DNA of 64,000 bases from assembly GCA_964106915.2 (NCBI GenBank), contig OZ066923.1; one strand, 5' to 3'. Positions 61,736 to 64,000 of this stretch are shown piece by piece (position 1 is the first letter of the stretch; the number at the start of each line of letters is the position of its first letter). This DNA comes from Podarcis gaigeae (lineage: Eukaryota). Under the pieces are notes generated by a model that searched no databases, was not told where the DNA came from, and saw nothing but the letters and a program-made list of their open reading frames with translations. A program made the translations under genes and the position numbers.

Positions 61736-62311
61736 TAGGGACGGGAGAGAGAATTGTTTCAGTTTGCATTTACAGTGGTACCTCAGGTTAAGTACTTAAT
61801 TTGTTCCGGAGGTCCGTTCTTAAACTTAAACTGTTCTTAACCTGAAGCACCACTTTAGCTAATAGGGCCCCCTGCTGCTGCTGCGCCGCCGGAGCCCGAT
61901 TTCTGTTCTTATCCTGAAGTAAAGTTTTTAACCTGAAGCACTATTTCTGGGTTAGCGGAGTCTGTAACCTGAAGCGTATGTAACCTGAAGTGTATGTAAC
62001 CCGAGGTACCACTGTAAAGGCAAAATTATGTACCGGTAATTTGCTATTCCCAAAGCAATATGCATAAAATTCAACCGTCCCCTCGAAATTGACTGTGTTC
62101 CAAATTTTGCAATGCCATTCTTCAGGGATGTGTATAGCAGTATATTAATGAAGACAACCTACAAAAAGTTCTTACATTAGGAGAAATGGCTTGCAAAAGT
62201 ACATATATTGGGAGAATTTTGCATTAAGATGCTGATGATTTTTTATGAAGTTTTTTTTTAAAATAATAATTACACAGTGATGTGGAAATCTGACGGATTC
62301 ACCTATCCCTA
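61736..62311 (+). mobile_element. Non-autonomous DNA transposon (TAGGGACGGG...CCTATCCCTA termini) hosting a mariner MITE
   Basis: Terminal inverted repeats; colinear with 19118-19557 once 61773-62014 is removed. Confidence 0.75.
61773..62014 (-). mobile_element. Tc1/mariner MITE (37971 family)
   Basis: TIRs CAGTGGTACCTC and TA TSD. Confidence 0.94.
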
Positions 62312-64000
62312 CATGGCTTTCCTTCTCTGGAAAGGCCACCTCTCAGGGATGGCTGCTGTTGTATTCTGCATTGCAAATCCTTCATTGGGTAGGGCATGGC
62401 CTCCCAGCTCCCCATCACATTCTGTAGGATAGACATCTAATCACAGGTCTCCAGGGTCTCTTCAGGGCAGGGTATATAACATTACGAAAATATTCCTGGA
62501 TTTTGGCAATAGGGCTGCAGAAATGTTCAGTCATACAGATGCGTACAGTACTCCTGGAGAGTAATGAGATGCAACAGTCAGAGATATAAAGCAACTGTTA
62601 GTGGCAGGAGATGGGGTCGGATACAGGTGGATACCTGTATTTAAATACCGGGTATTTAAAAGGCTACTCAATTTTGATGTGATCTACTAGGCTACTCTGT
62701 TTGATTTTTGGAAGAAATAATAAGCAACCAACCCTAAGATTTTCCAGCCCTTGGGAGTTCCACAGGAGGAAAGATAAAAAATGTGAAGAGCCTCTATTCA
62801 GCAACGTAATTTGCATTCACCCTCCGGACTGTTGAGACAGCACTTCTGCCAGGCTCCTCATATATCAACCTGCTCCTAGCAGCTCCTTCTCAAACTGCTG
62901 CTGAACTGCTTTGGCTGATTTTCATTCGCTACCCATGAATCCTCCATTGTTAGGATAGCAGCCTGCATTCATTTCTTCAGAAATCTCTCTCAGCAGTGAG
63001 GAACCAATCTGTGCCATATGATGTTGCTGGAGAATTTGTTATTTCTTCATTTAGTAATTGTATTCCCTTCTTTCTCTTTCCATTCCTATTCCTTTCTCTC
63101 TCCTGTTTTCCCTTTTCCCAAAGTTATAAGCATTCCGTTCCACTTCTTACAAGGGGACACTCGCCAAGGGAATTAACGAAACCTAGATACTCAGCTCCCC
63201 TAATTTGTTTGCAGAGCATTTAGTCCTAGTTTGTGCAAAGGGTCATCAAAAAACCACTGCTGGATCAGACTAAGGGCCCATCTTGTTCAGGACCCTGTTT
63301 TTAATATTGGCAAGGCAGACGCTTATCTGGGGGCTTCCCAGAAGCAACAGCCCTCCTCTGTGGTTTGCTGCACCCTTCCTCAACAATTGGTACTGTATTC
63401 TGGTGGCTTCTACCTGTCCTTTGTCGTAATTCTGTTTTTATGTATAGCAGGGAGAGGAACCTCAAGCCTGGGGACCAAATGCAGTCCTCTCGGCCTCTCA
63501 GACTGACCCTCTTCCCAGGCCATACTCCCCTCTCCCCAAACCACACTCTTCACTGACCATGTTCCATACCCTCATCCATTTACTTTGCCTGCTTGTAAAT
63601 TGTCATTCCGCTGTTAATAATGCCTCTTGCTTGCCTGGCTGGAAAAAAATATATGCAGAGAAACCTCTCACATCTGTGTAACTGGACAACAGTCTACTGT
63701 ATAACAGTTGCCCCACCCACCACTGGCATGCGGCCCCCAGAAGGTTCACTCATGGGGGATTGTGGCCCTTGGGCTGAGAAAGGTTCCTCACTTGTAGATT
63801 TATAGCACTTGTATGCCATGTTTCAAAGCCCCTCCAAGGCGACTCACAAAAGATAATTGATGGAATTAATGTGAAAGTTTGTTGCAATGATGGAATTTTA
63901 AGAATGTAAGAAGAAGCTGAAGGCCCAGCATCCTGTTCCCACAGTGGCCAACCAGGTGCAAGAGCACTGGTGGTCAATGGGTGAAGGTGTGATGTTGTGT

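Overview
Vertebrate genomic DNA from a squamate reptile, most likely a lacertid lizard (Podarcis/Lacerta-type Sauria/Squam1 and Squam3 SINEs). The only host gene I can support is the 5' part of TBXAS1 (thromboxane A synthase, CYP5A1) on the + strand. Its first coding exon is 18214-18317 and exon 2 is 48741-48834, separated by a 30,423-bp phase-2 GT-AG intron; the ORF track misses both. Exon 3 was not found in the window. The rest is upstream or intronic DNA dense with transposons: nine Sauria SINEs, other tRNA-derived SINEs, L2, CR1 and L1/Tx1 fragments, hAT and Tc1/mariner MITEs with clear TIRs and TSDs, a probable solo LTR, Penelope-like remnants with decayed hammerhead-ribozyme motifs, and microsatellites. 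Nearly all ORFs in the supplied track are spurious or repeat-derived. I see no convincing new biological system. The most notable items are an L1 inserted in frame into an L2, the hammerhead relics, two different tRNA heads on one CR1 tail, a palindromic 5' junction on an L2 copy, and a candidate distal TBXAS1 promoter and intronic enhancer. All family assignments are by recognition from memory, not database search.
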